A program made the position numbers and the translations under genes. From an uncultured Campylobacterales bacterium (GTDB taxonomy: Bacteria; Campylobacterota; Campylobacteria; Campylobacterales; QNZT01): a DNA stretch of 64,000 nt. Location of the stretch: the NCBI GenBank assembly GCA_964560425.1, contig CAZLLE010000017.1, positions 9,084-73,083 of the forward strand, given 5' to 3'. This document shows, piece after piece, positions 48,515 to 57,550 of the stretch; position 1 is the first letter of the stretch; the number at the start of each line of letters is the position of its first letter. Under the pieces are notes generated by a model. That model saw only the letters and a program-made list of their open reading frames with translations, had not been told where the DNA came from and made no database searches.

Positions 48515-48521
48515 GATAGAA

Positions 48522-48559
48522 GCAAGGAAAAGAAGGTAGCTTATAAAGCTTTTCCTTGC
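48522..48559 (+). terminator. hairpin after the cytochrome gene
   Basis: 11-bp perfect stem gcaaggaaaag / cttttccttgc with a 16-nt loop. The right arm overlaps the 3' end of the convergent gene. Confidence 0.45.
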
Positions 48560-49653
48560 AATTCAAGAAGCAGTAGACTTTGACACAGTGAGATATATTC
48601 GGCAATCTCTGTTTGTACTTCTGGAGATGGGTAGATATTTAAAACCATTTGATTTCCAAATATTTTATAAACCATAGCTCTTACATCAATAGAGTGCATA
48701 GCATGTGAACTATTTTCTAAATGAAATGTAAGTTGAAATTTCTTGTTTTGTAGCTCTTTGATCTGTAACTCTTCAATTTTTGCAAGTTGAGTTGTAAATA
48801 AAATTGAATTTTTGGATATATCAGATACCAATCCCTCAATCTGAATCTCCTCTTCAAATGCAAGTAGAGCCTGAACTGGTTTGTGGGGAGCAACTCTAAT
48901 ATTTTTACGGTGAACTGGTGAATTATCCATAAATTTAATACTATTTAGCTCTACAACAGAGTGAGCCAAATCAATACTAACAATATCTGCACGCATAACA
49001 TCTGGAATCATTTTATGCTCTAAATATACAAACTCCTCTCTTTTTAGAAATGATAAATACTCCTTATTTGATCTAATCTTCACATAATTATCTACAAATT
49101 CTAAAATTTCAGCTTCATGAACTAATGGAGCCTCTTTATAAAAACCATATAGATTAATTTTTGGCTCTTTGACAAAAATAGCTTGAAAGCTCTCTCCACT
49201 AGAACCATAATCAAAATATCTTGTAGCATAAAAGATATCTTTTCTTTGTGAGACTTTAGACTTCATATAAAGACTATGAACTCTCTCTATAATATCAAGT
49301 AAACTATCTTCATCTTCGCTATAATCAGTTACACCTACACCTTTAATCTCAATACCATACTTAATTTTTATGCTCATGACAAGGTTTTTCATAGTCATAA
49401 CAGCGGTATGCAATTTGGTATCATGTAAAAACAGCAAAAAGCTATTTCTACCCTCAGGGATCATGGGCGTAAAATCTAAAAATGAGTGAATAAATCCAAT
49501 TACTTCTTTGAATAGTTCTGGCTTTTGTAAATCAAACTTCAAATCTAATTTTGCAACACATAAATGTGTACTATAATTTTTAGCTTTATCTAATTGTGCT
49601 TCTAAGATTGCTTGATTTAAGAAACTAGCAACCAATATTCCTTCATTATCCAT
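48541..49653 (-). CDS. PilZ-like domain protein (putative c-di-GMP receptor) with an uncharacterised N-terminal region
   Basis: The C-terminal third carries RKNIR (RxxxR) and, 24 aa later, DISKNS (D.S..G-like), with PilZ-like spacing. Confidence 0.5.
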   Translation of the reverse strand: MDNEGILVASFLNQAILEAQLDKAKNYSTHLCVAKLDLKFDLQKPELFKEVIGFIHSFLDFTPMIPEGRNSFLLFLHDTKLHTAVMTMKNLVMSIKIKYGIEIKGVGVTDYSEDEDSLLDIIERVHSLYMKSKVSQRKDIFYATRYFDYGSSGESFQAIFVKEPKINLYGFYKEAPLVHEAEILEFVDNYVKIRSNKEYLSFLKREEFVYLEHKMIPDVMRADIVSIDLAHSVVELNSIKFMDNSPVHRKNIRVAPHKPVQALLAFEEEIQIEGLVSDISKNSILFTTQLAKIEELQIKELQNKKFQLTFHLENSSHAMHSIDVRAMVYKIFGNQMVLNIYPSPEVQTEIAEYISLCQSLLLLELQGKAL

Positions 49654-49722
49654 AATTTTTCCTCACTTATATACCCTTTTGCTATAATTCGACAAAAAGC
49701 AGAAAATATTTAGGGGTTGGAG

Positions 49723-51576
49723 ATGAAAAAAGCGTTTTATAATGATTTAAAGAAAATTTATAACATTACAGAGGAAAACCAGAAAAAATTAAATAATTTT
49801 TATAATATTCTAGGAGAAAATCCTAATATAGAGGATCAAAATTTTATAGATAATTTTTTGGGAAAAATAGGATTAGAAGTTAATAATGAAAATAGAATGG
49901 CTACTATTTCAAGAGTAGTATCTTTGAGAGATGATGCACTCATACAAGTACTAAAAAAAGCAAATTTTAGTGAAAATGAAATAATAGAAAAAAAAGAGGA
50001 GGCTTATCTATGGGTAGCTTCTCATCATCTAAAAATTCATCAATCACTCATAAATGAGATAGAGAAACAAGAGTTACTAACACCATTTTATCGCTCCGTT
50101 TTTAGAGGAGTTCATGCAGTAGGTATTACATTTAGTTCATGGCAATCTAGCTGGACAGCTCAAATCATAGATGGAACAAATAGGGAGCTATATAGACTAT
50201 TTAATGGTGATGAAGAGAAAATATTTGAGATGTTACATGAAAAAGAGCTATTTGATAAGGGACATGATGGAAACAAAGGGGATAGATCTTACTCTGTATT
50301 AGTTAAACAAGAGGATGGATCTTTTAAATCTATCCCTTATGCCGAAGCTTTTGCTTCAGAAGTTACAACTTCACTTTTAGCACTTGCCGATTTTAAACAC
50401 TCTCTTATACCACTTGAAGACAATCTATTTAATCAAAAAGAGGAGTATCTAAACTACATACAATCAATAATAGAAGCCCTAGCAGAGAAAGATAATAATA
50501 AATTAATTCCAAAATGGGCAGATGTAGATAGAAAATGGATGAAAATCACTACACCTATACAGATTGGACATCCATTAGAGTATTATGAAGATCACTATAA
50601 AAAAGCAGTAGCCTTAGAGTGGGACATGAGAATAGTAAATCCAGATAATAGTGCAGGTAATATCAAAGAAGAGATCAAATCTATGTATAAAGAGATATCA
50701 AATACTATAGAGAATTCTCAACAAACTTATGAAAACTCACTACCAAATATAGAAAAAGTACAACTCTATCTTGGTCGCCCCGCCCTCTACTATGGAGCTG
50801 AATTTTGTGGACTCTTCTCTGCTCAAGTTGTACCAAACGATGAACTAATCACTAAAGAAGAAGGCAAAAAAATATTTGCATTTGCTGATAATGTACTAGA
50901 ATCTATCAAAGCAAAACCTTTCATGAAGATTCAAAATGAGATATATCCAAAAGAGTTTTTAGATCAAGGAAGAGAGTTAATATTTAGAGATGAAAAAACT
51001 TGGCACCAAATATATAATATTACAACCATAGGACATGAATATGGGCATATTTTATGGCTAGATCATGACACAGAATCAATAATGAACAAAACAGGAAATT
51101 TTAAGAATATAGAGGAGTTCAAAGCCACGGCAGGGGGATTGGTAGCATTCTTTCTAAATGAAAAAGAGTCTTTAAAATATCATGTCCTAAACGACACAAT
51201 CAAAAGAGCAATTGGATTAATAGGCTGGATGGAGACAGGAGAGGTTGAACCATACTATTGTGAAGCACTTATTCATCTCTCTATTCTATTTGAAGCAGAG
51301 GTATTAAATTTTACAAACCAATTAGAGATAGATATGAGTGAAGATAAATATAACAGAATCAAAGCTCTATATATAAAAAGATATAAAGAGTTGGCTACAC
51401 ACTATATAAACAAAAAAGATGCCACACAATTTTTAGAAAAATTTGCATCAAAGAGTGGAAAATATTTCCTACCAGTTGATGATAGAGTCAAATATTTTGT
51501 AAATTACTATTGGAATTTACATCAAGATATTGGTCAAGTAGTAGATGATAGTAATGAAAAAGATAAGTGGATATAG
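49723..51576 (+). CDS. putative zinc metallopeptidase (HExxH ... EExxA, DPP III/M49-like arrangement)
   Basis: TIGHEYGHILWLD followed 23 aa later by EEFKATAGG. No signal peptide seen. The ATG at 49723 is preferred over the TTG at 49717. Confidence 0.55.
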   Translation: MKKAFYNDLKKIYNITEENQKKLNNFYNILGENPNIEDQNFIDNFLGKIGLEVNNENRMATISRVVSLRDDALIQVLKKANFSENEIIEKKEEAYLWVASHHLKIHQSLINEIEKQELLTPFYRSVFRGVHAVGITFSSWQSSWTAQIIDGTNRELYRLFNGDEEKIFEMLHEKELFDKGHDGNKGDRSYSVLVKQEDGSFKSIPYAEAFASEVTTSLLALADFKHSLIPLEDNLFNQKEEYLNYIQSIIEALAEKDNNKLIPKWADVDRKWMKITTPIQIGHPLEYYEDHYKKAVALEWDMRIVNPDNSAGNIKEEIKSMYKEISNTIENSQQTYENSLPNIEKVQLYLGRPALYYGAEFCGLFSAQVVPNDELITKEEGKKIFAFADNVLESIKAKPFMKIQNEIYPKEFLDQGRELIFRDEKTWHQIYNITTIGHEYGHILWLDHDTESIMNKTGNFKNIEEFKATAGGLVAFFLNEKESLKYHVLNDTIKRAIGLIGWMETGEVEPYYCEALIHLSILFEAEVLNFTNQLEIDMSEDKYNRIKALYIKRYKELATHYINKKDATQFLEKFASKSGKYFLPVDDRVKYFVNYYWNLHQDIGQVVDDSNEKDKWI

Positions 51577-51621
51577 AGGCTAAACACCTCATATCAGATT
51601 TCTTTGGCTATAATTTATTTT

Positions 51622-53988
51622 ATGAAGAAATTACTATTTTTAATAATACTGCCATTACATTTAATTAGTGCAACTTTAATCATTAATACAGCTAGAGATG
51701 ATGATAAAACGATCTCTATCTTACATTTAATAGATAATGAAAAGATATCTTGTGAAGAGGTATTGGATGAAGATTTTCAAGATAAAATTATTTGTCATCT
51801 TAGCAAACCAGTGAAAAATTCAAAACCGATAGAAAATCGTTTTTTTAAACTTCACTACTATAAAAATAATGTAGTAATTACACCAAAATTCAAAATGAAC
51901 TTATATGCCCTTCAAGGTGATTTGATTGAGAATAATGAGATTGTACAATATAGTGAAAAGAAGAAGAGATTACATTGGGTTGTTATTGGGTATGAAAAAG
52001 AGCCTATTAGTTTTCATAAAAGCAGTGAAGATGGGCTAAATTTCGCAATAGATTTTCAAAAAAAAGATTTTCCTTTTATTGAGGAGTTAGATCTAAATGG
52101 CAACCCTGCCAAAAATATTTCACATGCTGAAATAATGAGTCGTCTAAAACAATTTTATAAAGAGAAAAAATTTGACATGGCTCTTAATGAGTGTGATAGA
52201 ATTTTTAAAAATGAAAACTCTACATTTTTTAATGAAGCACTACTCTATAAAATGCGTATTTTTTATGATCAGTTATCAGGGGAGAGAGGTATGGAAAAAA
52301 TAGATCCTTATGAGCTGATTGATATGGCAAATGAGTGGATCAGTACCAACCCATCTAATATACACATTCCAGAAGTTTTACTATTTTTGAGCAAAAGCTA
52401 TTTGAGCTTGGGGCAAAATCTAAAAGCACAAAAATATCTTGATCTACTTACAGAAGTATATCCAGATAACAGATTTACACATTTAGCACAAATTATCCAT
52501 GCTGATAAATTGAGTAACTCTGGACAACAAAAGATGGCAATCAAAATATACAAAAAAGTTCTATATTCCACAAAAGATAGATATGTAGCAGCAATAGCAG
52601 CATTGAGACTTAGTCGTACTTATCTTACAAGTTCTGATGTAAATGAGGCAAAAAGATTTTTTGATAAAGTTATGGGTGGAAATAGAGACTTTATCAAAAA
52701 CAATCTCAAAAATTCATTTAGATTTGCCAAGAAATTTGCGGACAATAATGAAACACAACTAGCTATAGATATCGGAAATATTATCAAAAAAACACCAAAC
52801 GATGGCTCTTTAGATGAAGATGAGTTCAGTAAAGAGATGGCAGTTTGGCAAGAGAAGATTGGAAATAAAGAGAAAGCTTTAGAACTATATTATCAATACT
52901 TAGATAAATACCATGCAGGCTCTTATAATGCATTTGTTCAAACTCGTATTGATAGACTTTTAATTGATTCCAATGAATCAAACAACACAAAAAGATTAGC
53001 TCAACTAGACAATATAATGGCAAAATATAAGGGGCAACATATATACAAAAAAGCTCTTTTACAAAAAGCTCAAATCCTACTAGAGGAGAAAAGATATCAA
53101 GATATTTTAGATATAGGAGATATTTTAAAAAAATATGGGGGAGATATCTTGCTAAAGGAGGTTGCTTCCATCGTTGCAAAAAAGTCTCTAAAAAATGGAG
53201 ACTGTGCCAAAAGCATGAGTATGTTGGATGATTATAATATCAGTATGGAAAGTATGAATCAAGAGCAAATTTTTGATTGTCTAATGCGTATCAACAACTA
53301 TCCAAAAGCACTAAAATTGGCAAATAAGTTTGCAAAAAGTGAAAATTTAGAAGAGACTCTAAGGTGGAGTTATGAGATAGTAAAACTTTTTTCAAAAATG
53401 GGTAAATATGAAGATCTTATTCTACTAAGTAAAGATGTTGAAAAGATGGCAAATATCATGAAATTAAGTTCCTTATCAGATGATCGTACCTATGATGATG
53501 TAATTTATGATCGTATTTTCGCATTTTTTAATGTTGATGCTCCATTTGATCTAATTTTGGACGATGTAGTAACAATAGAGAAAAAATTTCCAAACAATCC
53601 AAAAAATCTGGATGTTTATGATCGAATTCTTAGAGAAGCAAAAAAGAGAAAAGATGATCTAATAGTAATCAATTATGCAAAAAAGATAATTGATCTACAA
53701 AAAAAATATAAACTAGATCTCTTTACACCAAAGGTTGAATTAGATTATATTGAAGGATTAAAGAGGCTAGGTAAATTTCGTGAAGCTCTGAAATTAGATC
53801 TTGATCTACTTTATAAAAAAATGAGTGATAAACAGAAGGCTCATGTACTCTATTTAGCAGGAGAATTAAGCCAAAGAATCAATAAAATAGAGGAGTCCAA
53901 AAGCTTTTTTCTTAAATGTGGAGAGATTATTGAGGATAGTGCATGGCGAAAACTATGCGTAGAAAATTTAAAATTACTAGAGGAATAA
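51622..53988 (+). CDS. large secreted TPR-repeat protein
   Basis: Signal peptide MKKLLFLIILPLHLISA. Multiple 34-aa TPR-like helical repeats (A..Y..LL..YP pattern). Start uncertain (51604 or 51622). Confidence 0.65.
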   Translation: MKKLLFLIILPLHLISATLIINTARDDDKTISILHLIDNEKISCEEVLDEDFQDKIICHLSKPVKNSKPIENRFFKLHYYKNNVVITPKFKMNLYALQGDLIENNEIVQYSEKKKRLHWVVIGYEKEPISFHKSSEDGLNFAIDFQKKDFPFIEELDLNGNPAKNISHAEIMSRLKQFYKEKKFDMALNECDRIFKNENSTFFNEALLYKMRIFYDQLSGERGMEKIDPYELIDMANEWISTNPSNIHIPEVLLFLSKSYLSLGQNLKAQKYLDLLTEVYPDNRFTHLAQIIHADKLSNSGQQKMAIKIYKKVLYSTKDRYVAAIAALRLSRTYLTSSDVNEAKRFFDKVMGGNRDFIKNNLKNSFRFAKKFADNNETQLAIDIGNIIKKTPNDGSLDEDEFSKEMAVWQEKIGNKEKALELYYQYLDKYHAGSYNAFVQTRIDRLLIDSNESNNTKRLAQLDNIMAKYKGQHIYKKALLQKAQILLEEKRYQDILDIGDILKKYGGDILLKEVASIVAKKSLKNGDCAKSMSMLDDYNISMESMNQEQIFDCLMRINNYPKALKLANKFAKSENLEETLRWSYEIVKLFSKMGKYEDLILLSKDVEKMANIMKLSSLSDDRTYDDVIYDRIFAFFNVDAPFDLILDDVVTIEKKFPNNPKNLDVYDRILREAKKRKDDLIVINYAKKIIDLQKKYKLDLFTPKVELDYIEGLKRLGKFREALKLDLDLLYKKMSDKQKAHVLYLAGELSQRINKIEESKSFFLKCGEIIEDSAWRKLCVENLKLLEE

Positions 53989-53990
53989 AA

Positions 53991-54497
53991 ATGAAAAAAT
54001 TAATATTAATAGCATTTCTTATAATAGGAACTGTTCAAGCAAATGCATTTGCTGAAATTGGTGCAGGATATGCCAAAGGTAATAATGATGGTAAGTTAGT
54101 TACTGCTTTTGGTTCATTAGCTCTTATTGGTGATATAGATTTGAGATTTGAGTACACAAAAAACATTTCAGAACATCCAGAGTTTACAAAAGAGGATATT
54201 AGTAGATATGGTGTTTTTGCCGTATATACACTCTATTTGGTACCTCATATATCTATAACACCAAAAATAGGAATGACAAAAACTGATAGTGACTTTAAAG
54301 TGAAAGAGGTTCTTGAAAATGTAACTGATTCTAGCACAGAATTTACTTATGGTGTCGAATTAAACTATGATTTAAGTAGAAGTGCCACAATTTTCATAGG
54401 TTATACAGACTATGGAAAAGAGCAAGACATTAAAAATATAGATACTTCTAAGCTAGATAATTCAAATTATGTCATAGGTTTAAAATTGCATTTTTAG
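53991..54497 (+). CDS. small outer-membrane beta-barrel protein (OmpW/OmpA-barrel-like)
   Basis: Signal peptide ending ANA, eight amphipathic strands, and the C-terminal sequence IGLKLHF. GAGGA ribosome-binding site. The start is 3 nt after the TPR gene stop. Confidence 0.65.
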   Translation: MKKLILIAFLIIGTVQANAFAEIGAGYAKGNNDGKLVTAFGSLALIGDIDLRFEYTKNISEHPEFTKEDISRYGVFAVYTLYLVPHISITPKIGMTKTDSDFKVKEVLENVTDSSTEFTYGVELNYDLSRSATIFIGYTDYGKEQDIKNIDTSKLDNSNYVIGLKLHF

Positions 54498-54585
54498 ATA
54501 TTAAATTAATTACTATTCTTTGTTTTATATTATATTTTCATTATAATCACAGATTTTAAATTCTAATTATAAAAGAAGGTATTTT

Positions 54586-55575
54586 ATGAATAAAAATTTC
54601 CAGGAATTATTACGCAGTAGAAAAGAGATTTCAGTAAGATATGATTATGATACAGCAGCAATTTGGTGTTATTTTAATCCAAATACACGCCCATGCTATA
54701 CAATGAGTATGCTTAAAGAAATTTATGAGCTACAGCTATCTATCATTGAATATTTTAAAAATAATGATATGAAACCACAAATTCCTATTCGTTATTATAT
54801 TCTAGCATCACAAACATCGGAGATATATAATTATGGAGGAGATTTAAATCTATTTTACAAGCTAATACTTGAACAAGATCGTGACACATTATATGAATAT
54901 GGAAAAATTGCTACAGAAATAATCTATTTAAATAGTGTGAACTTTAACCTACCAATTACAACAATTGCATTGGTAGAAGGTACTGCTTTGGGCGGTGGAT
55001 TTGAAGCTGCTCTATCATGTAATATTCTGATTGCAGAAGAGAACACCAAAATGGGACTACCTGAAATTAGATTTAATCTATTTCCTGGTATGGGAGCATA
55101 CACACTTTTAGCAAGAGTTCTTGGAATAAACCAAGCTGAAGATATAATAAGTAGTGGAAAAGTCTATGATACAAAATTTTTATATGATCTAGATATTGTT
55201 AATATTTTGGCAAAAAGTGGTACTGGAAAACAGACTTTAGATAAATTTATGAAAAAGCATACTAAAGCATTCAATGGAATGCAAGCAATTTTAAAAGCGA
55301 GACACAGATATAAGCCAATTTCTAGAGATGAACTCATGGATATTAATGAAATTTGGGTCGATGCAGCATTAAAATTAGAGGATAAAGATTTAAAAGTAAT
55401 GCAAAAATTGATAAAAGCACAAAATTCTAAATCAAATAATATGAAAATAAAATCAAGAACAAAACAAGATAGAAGAGTAAATAATAAAAATATAACTTTC
55501 CCTTTTTACGATTCAATAGGAAATAAAATATTTACTGACAGACGAAGTGGCTTAGATAGAAGATTATGTAGCTAA
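54586..55575 (+). CDS. crotonase-fold enzyme of the RpfF/DSF-synthase type with an Arg-rich C-terminal extension
   Basis: VEGTALGGGFEAAL...MGLPEIRFNLFPGMGAYTLLAR (both catalytic Glu), AIWCYFNPNTRPCY, GGDLNLF and LMDINEIWVDAALKLEDKDLKVMQKL are blocks I recognise from RpfF/BDSF synthases. Confidence 0.72.
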   Translation: MNKNFQELLRSRKEISVRYDYDTAAIWCYFNPNTRPCYTMSMLKEIYELQLSIIEYFKNNDMKPQIPIRYYILASQTSEIYNYGGDLNLFYKLILEQDRDTLYEYGKIATEIIYLNSVNFNLPITTIALVEGTALGGGFEAALSCNILIAEENTKMGLPEIRFNLFPGMGAYTLLARVLGINQAEDIISSGKVYDTKFLYDLDIVNILAKSGTGKQTLDKFMKKHTKAFNGMQAILKARHRYKPISRDELMDINEIWVDAALKLEDKDLKVMQKLIKAQNSKSNNMKIKSRTKQDRRVNNKNITFPFYDSIGNKIFTDRRSGLDRRLCS

Positions 55576-55657
55576 AAATACCCTTTCCCATTAAAGTTTT
55601 TTATAGCTCTTACCGATTTAGAGTTGTGAAAAACTAAAAAGGTAAAATGTGGCTTAA

Positions 55658-57487
55658 ATGAAGGGGATATTAAATTTAATCAAAAAGATTATTAAAAAAA
55701 GTGAAGATAATCCAAACTTATCTCAAGCACTTGCTAGAGTTATATTTTCGATAATATTACTTTTAACAGCAACTACACTACAATCTAGTAGTAATTTAAA
55801 TTACTCCTCTATGCAACTGATTGTATTGTTTCATACCATCTATTCAGCTAGTATGCTATATTTGTCATATAAAAATGATACTACTACTTTTGGTAGAAAA
55901 ATGTTTAATATTATTGCAGATCTTGGTGCTTTGTCACTAGTTCTTTATACATCCAATATTGCAACAATATTTGTATATCCTGTTATGCTTTGGATTATTG
56001 TAGGAAATGGTATGCGTTTTGGAACAAAATATCTCTATCTTTCTTTGGCTACAGGAACAATATTTTTTACATTAGCAACTCAATACAATGAAGCTTGGAG
56101 TATACATAAAGAGTTTGCCATATCTATGACAATTGGACTTATTATTTTAACTCTCTTTTACTCTACACTAATCAAAAAAATTTATAAATTAAATCATACT
56201 CTAGAAGAGAAAGTAAAAGATAGAACAGAAGAGTTAAAATTCAGATTTTATCATGACCCTCTAACAAAACTTAAGAATATAGAGGCTCTAAAGTTAGATT
56301 TGGAGAAAGATCCTTTTTTCTCACTATTTTTAATAAGTATTGATGATTTTAAGAGTTTTAATGATCTATATGGAATGGAAATTGGTAATACAATTTTAAA
56401 AGAGAGTACAAAGTTTCTAAAAGATTTGTATACTAATAATAATATAGAGTTATATAGAGTCTATAGCGATGGTTTTGTATTAAAAAATAAAGATAATGAT
56501 GATAATACAAGAGAGGAACTTTTTAATCTCCAAATGAAATTAAGTTTAATGGAATCTACAAAACTTAATCTACAACTCCCAAATATAAATGAAAAATTAA
56601 ATATTGATTTTACAATTATAGCAATACATACAAAAGAGCATGCTTTAGAAAAAGCTAATATGGGTCTAAAATATGCTAGAAAGACAAATAAATCTTATGT
56701 TGATTTTCATAAAAACATGGATGATAAAAAAGAGATTGAAAATATATTATACTGGAAAAATCAGATCAAAGAGGCTATTGAAGAAGATAGGATTATCCCC
56801 GTTTTTCAGCCAATTGTAGATAAAAATGGAGATATCCTAAAATATGAAGCACTTGTGAGATTAAAAAAAGGTAAGAAACTAATTTCACCATATTTCTTTT
56901 TAGATATCTCTATTCAAACTAAACAATATGAGAAGATAACATCTATTATGATAGATAAAAGTTTTATCCTTATGAGTAAAATAGGGAAAGATTTCTCTAT
57001 TAATCTATCTTTTGCTGATATTAAAAATCAACTTTTAATAAATCAGCTTTTTAGAAAAATTCAACAATATAATATTGGCTCACAACTAATTATCGAAATT
57101 GTTGAGAGTGAGGATATAGAAGATTTTATTATTGTTGAGACATTTATCAAAAATATTCGAAAATTCGGAGTGCGAGTTGCAATTGATGATTTTGGAACAG
57201 GCTATTCAAATTATACTCACATACTCAAAATTATGCCTGATTATCTGAAAATAGATGGATCACTTATAAAAAATATTAATACAGATACAAACGCCCATAA
57301 ATTAGTAGAGTCTATTATTTTTCTAAGTCACAACTTAGGCATTAAAACCATTGCAGAGTATGTTCATTCAAAAGAGGTTTTTGATGTTGTAAAAAAATTA
57401 GATATTGACGAGTTTCAGGGCTTCTATTTTTATGAACCACTATTACAAGAGAGTGTAGAAGATAAGATTCTTGAATTATCCTATTAG
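55658..57487 (+). CDS. membrane-bound degenerate-GGDEF / EAL c-di-GMP phosphodiesterase
   Basis: About five N-terminal TM helices. GGDEF-like domain with YSDGF in place of GGDEF. Intact EAL signature (EALVRL, EIVESE, DDFGTGYSN, KIDGS, QGFYF). Confidence 0.85.
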   Translation: MKGILNLIKKIIKKSEDNPNLSQALARVIFSIILLLTATTLQSSSNLNYSSMQLIVLFHTIYSASMLYLSYKNDTTTFGRKMFNIIADLGALSLVLYTSNIATIFVYPVMLWIIVGNGMRFGTKYLYLSLATGTIFFTLATQYNEAWSIHKEFAISMTIGLIILTLFYSTLIKKIYKLNHTLEEKVKDRTEELKFRFYHDPLTKLKNIEALKLDLEKDPFFSLFLISIDDFKSFNDLYGMEIGNTILKESTKFLKDLYTNNNIELYRVYSDGFVLKNKDNDDNTREELFNLQMKLSLMESTKLNLQLPNINEKLNIDFTIIAIHTKEHALEKANMGLKYARKTNKSYVDFHKNMDDKKEIENILYWKNQIKEAIEEDRIIPVFQPIVDKNGDILKYEALVRLKKGKKLISPYFFLDISIQTKQYEKITSIMIDKSFILMSKIGKDFSINLSFADIKNQLLINQLFRKIQQYNIGSQLIIEIVESEDIEDFIIVETFIKNIRKFGVRVAIDDFGTGYSNYTHILKIMPDYLKIDGSLIKNINTDTNAHKLVESIIFLSHNLGIKTIAEYVHSKEVFDVVKKLDIDEFQGFYFYEPLLQESVEDKILELSY

Positions 57488-57550
57488 GTGTGTATAAATT
57501 TAATAGGTTTTATTATAGTATTAGTTTAAAATTTTACTATAGGATTATAA

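Noticed and set aside
55658-57487. GGDEF domain as an active diguanylate cyclase
   Set aside because: The signature is YSDGF rather than GG(D/E)EF, and the GHxxGD metal/substrate block is replaced by GMEIGN. It is treated as a degenerate regulatory domain, and only the EAL half looks catalytic.
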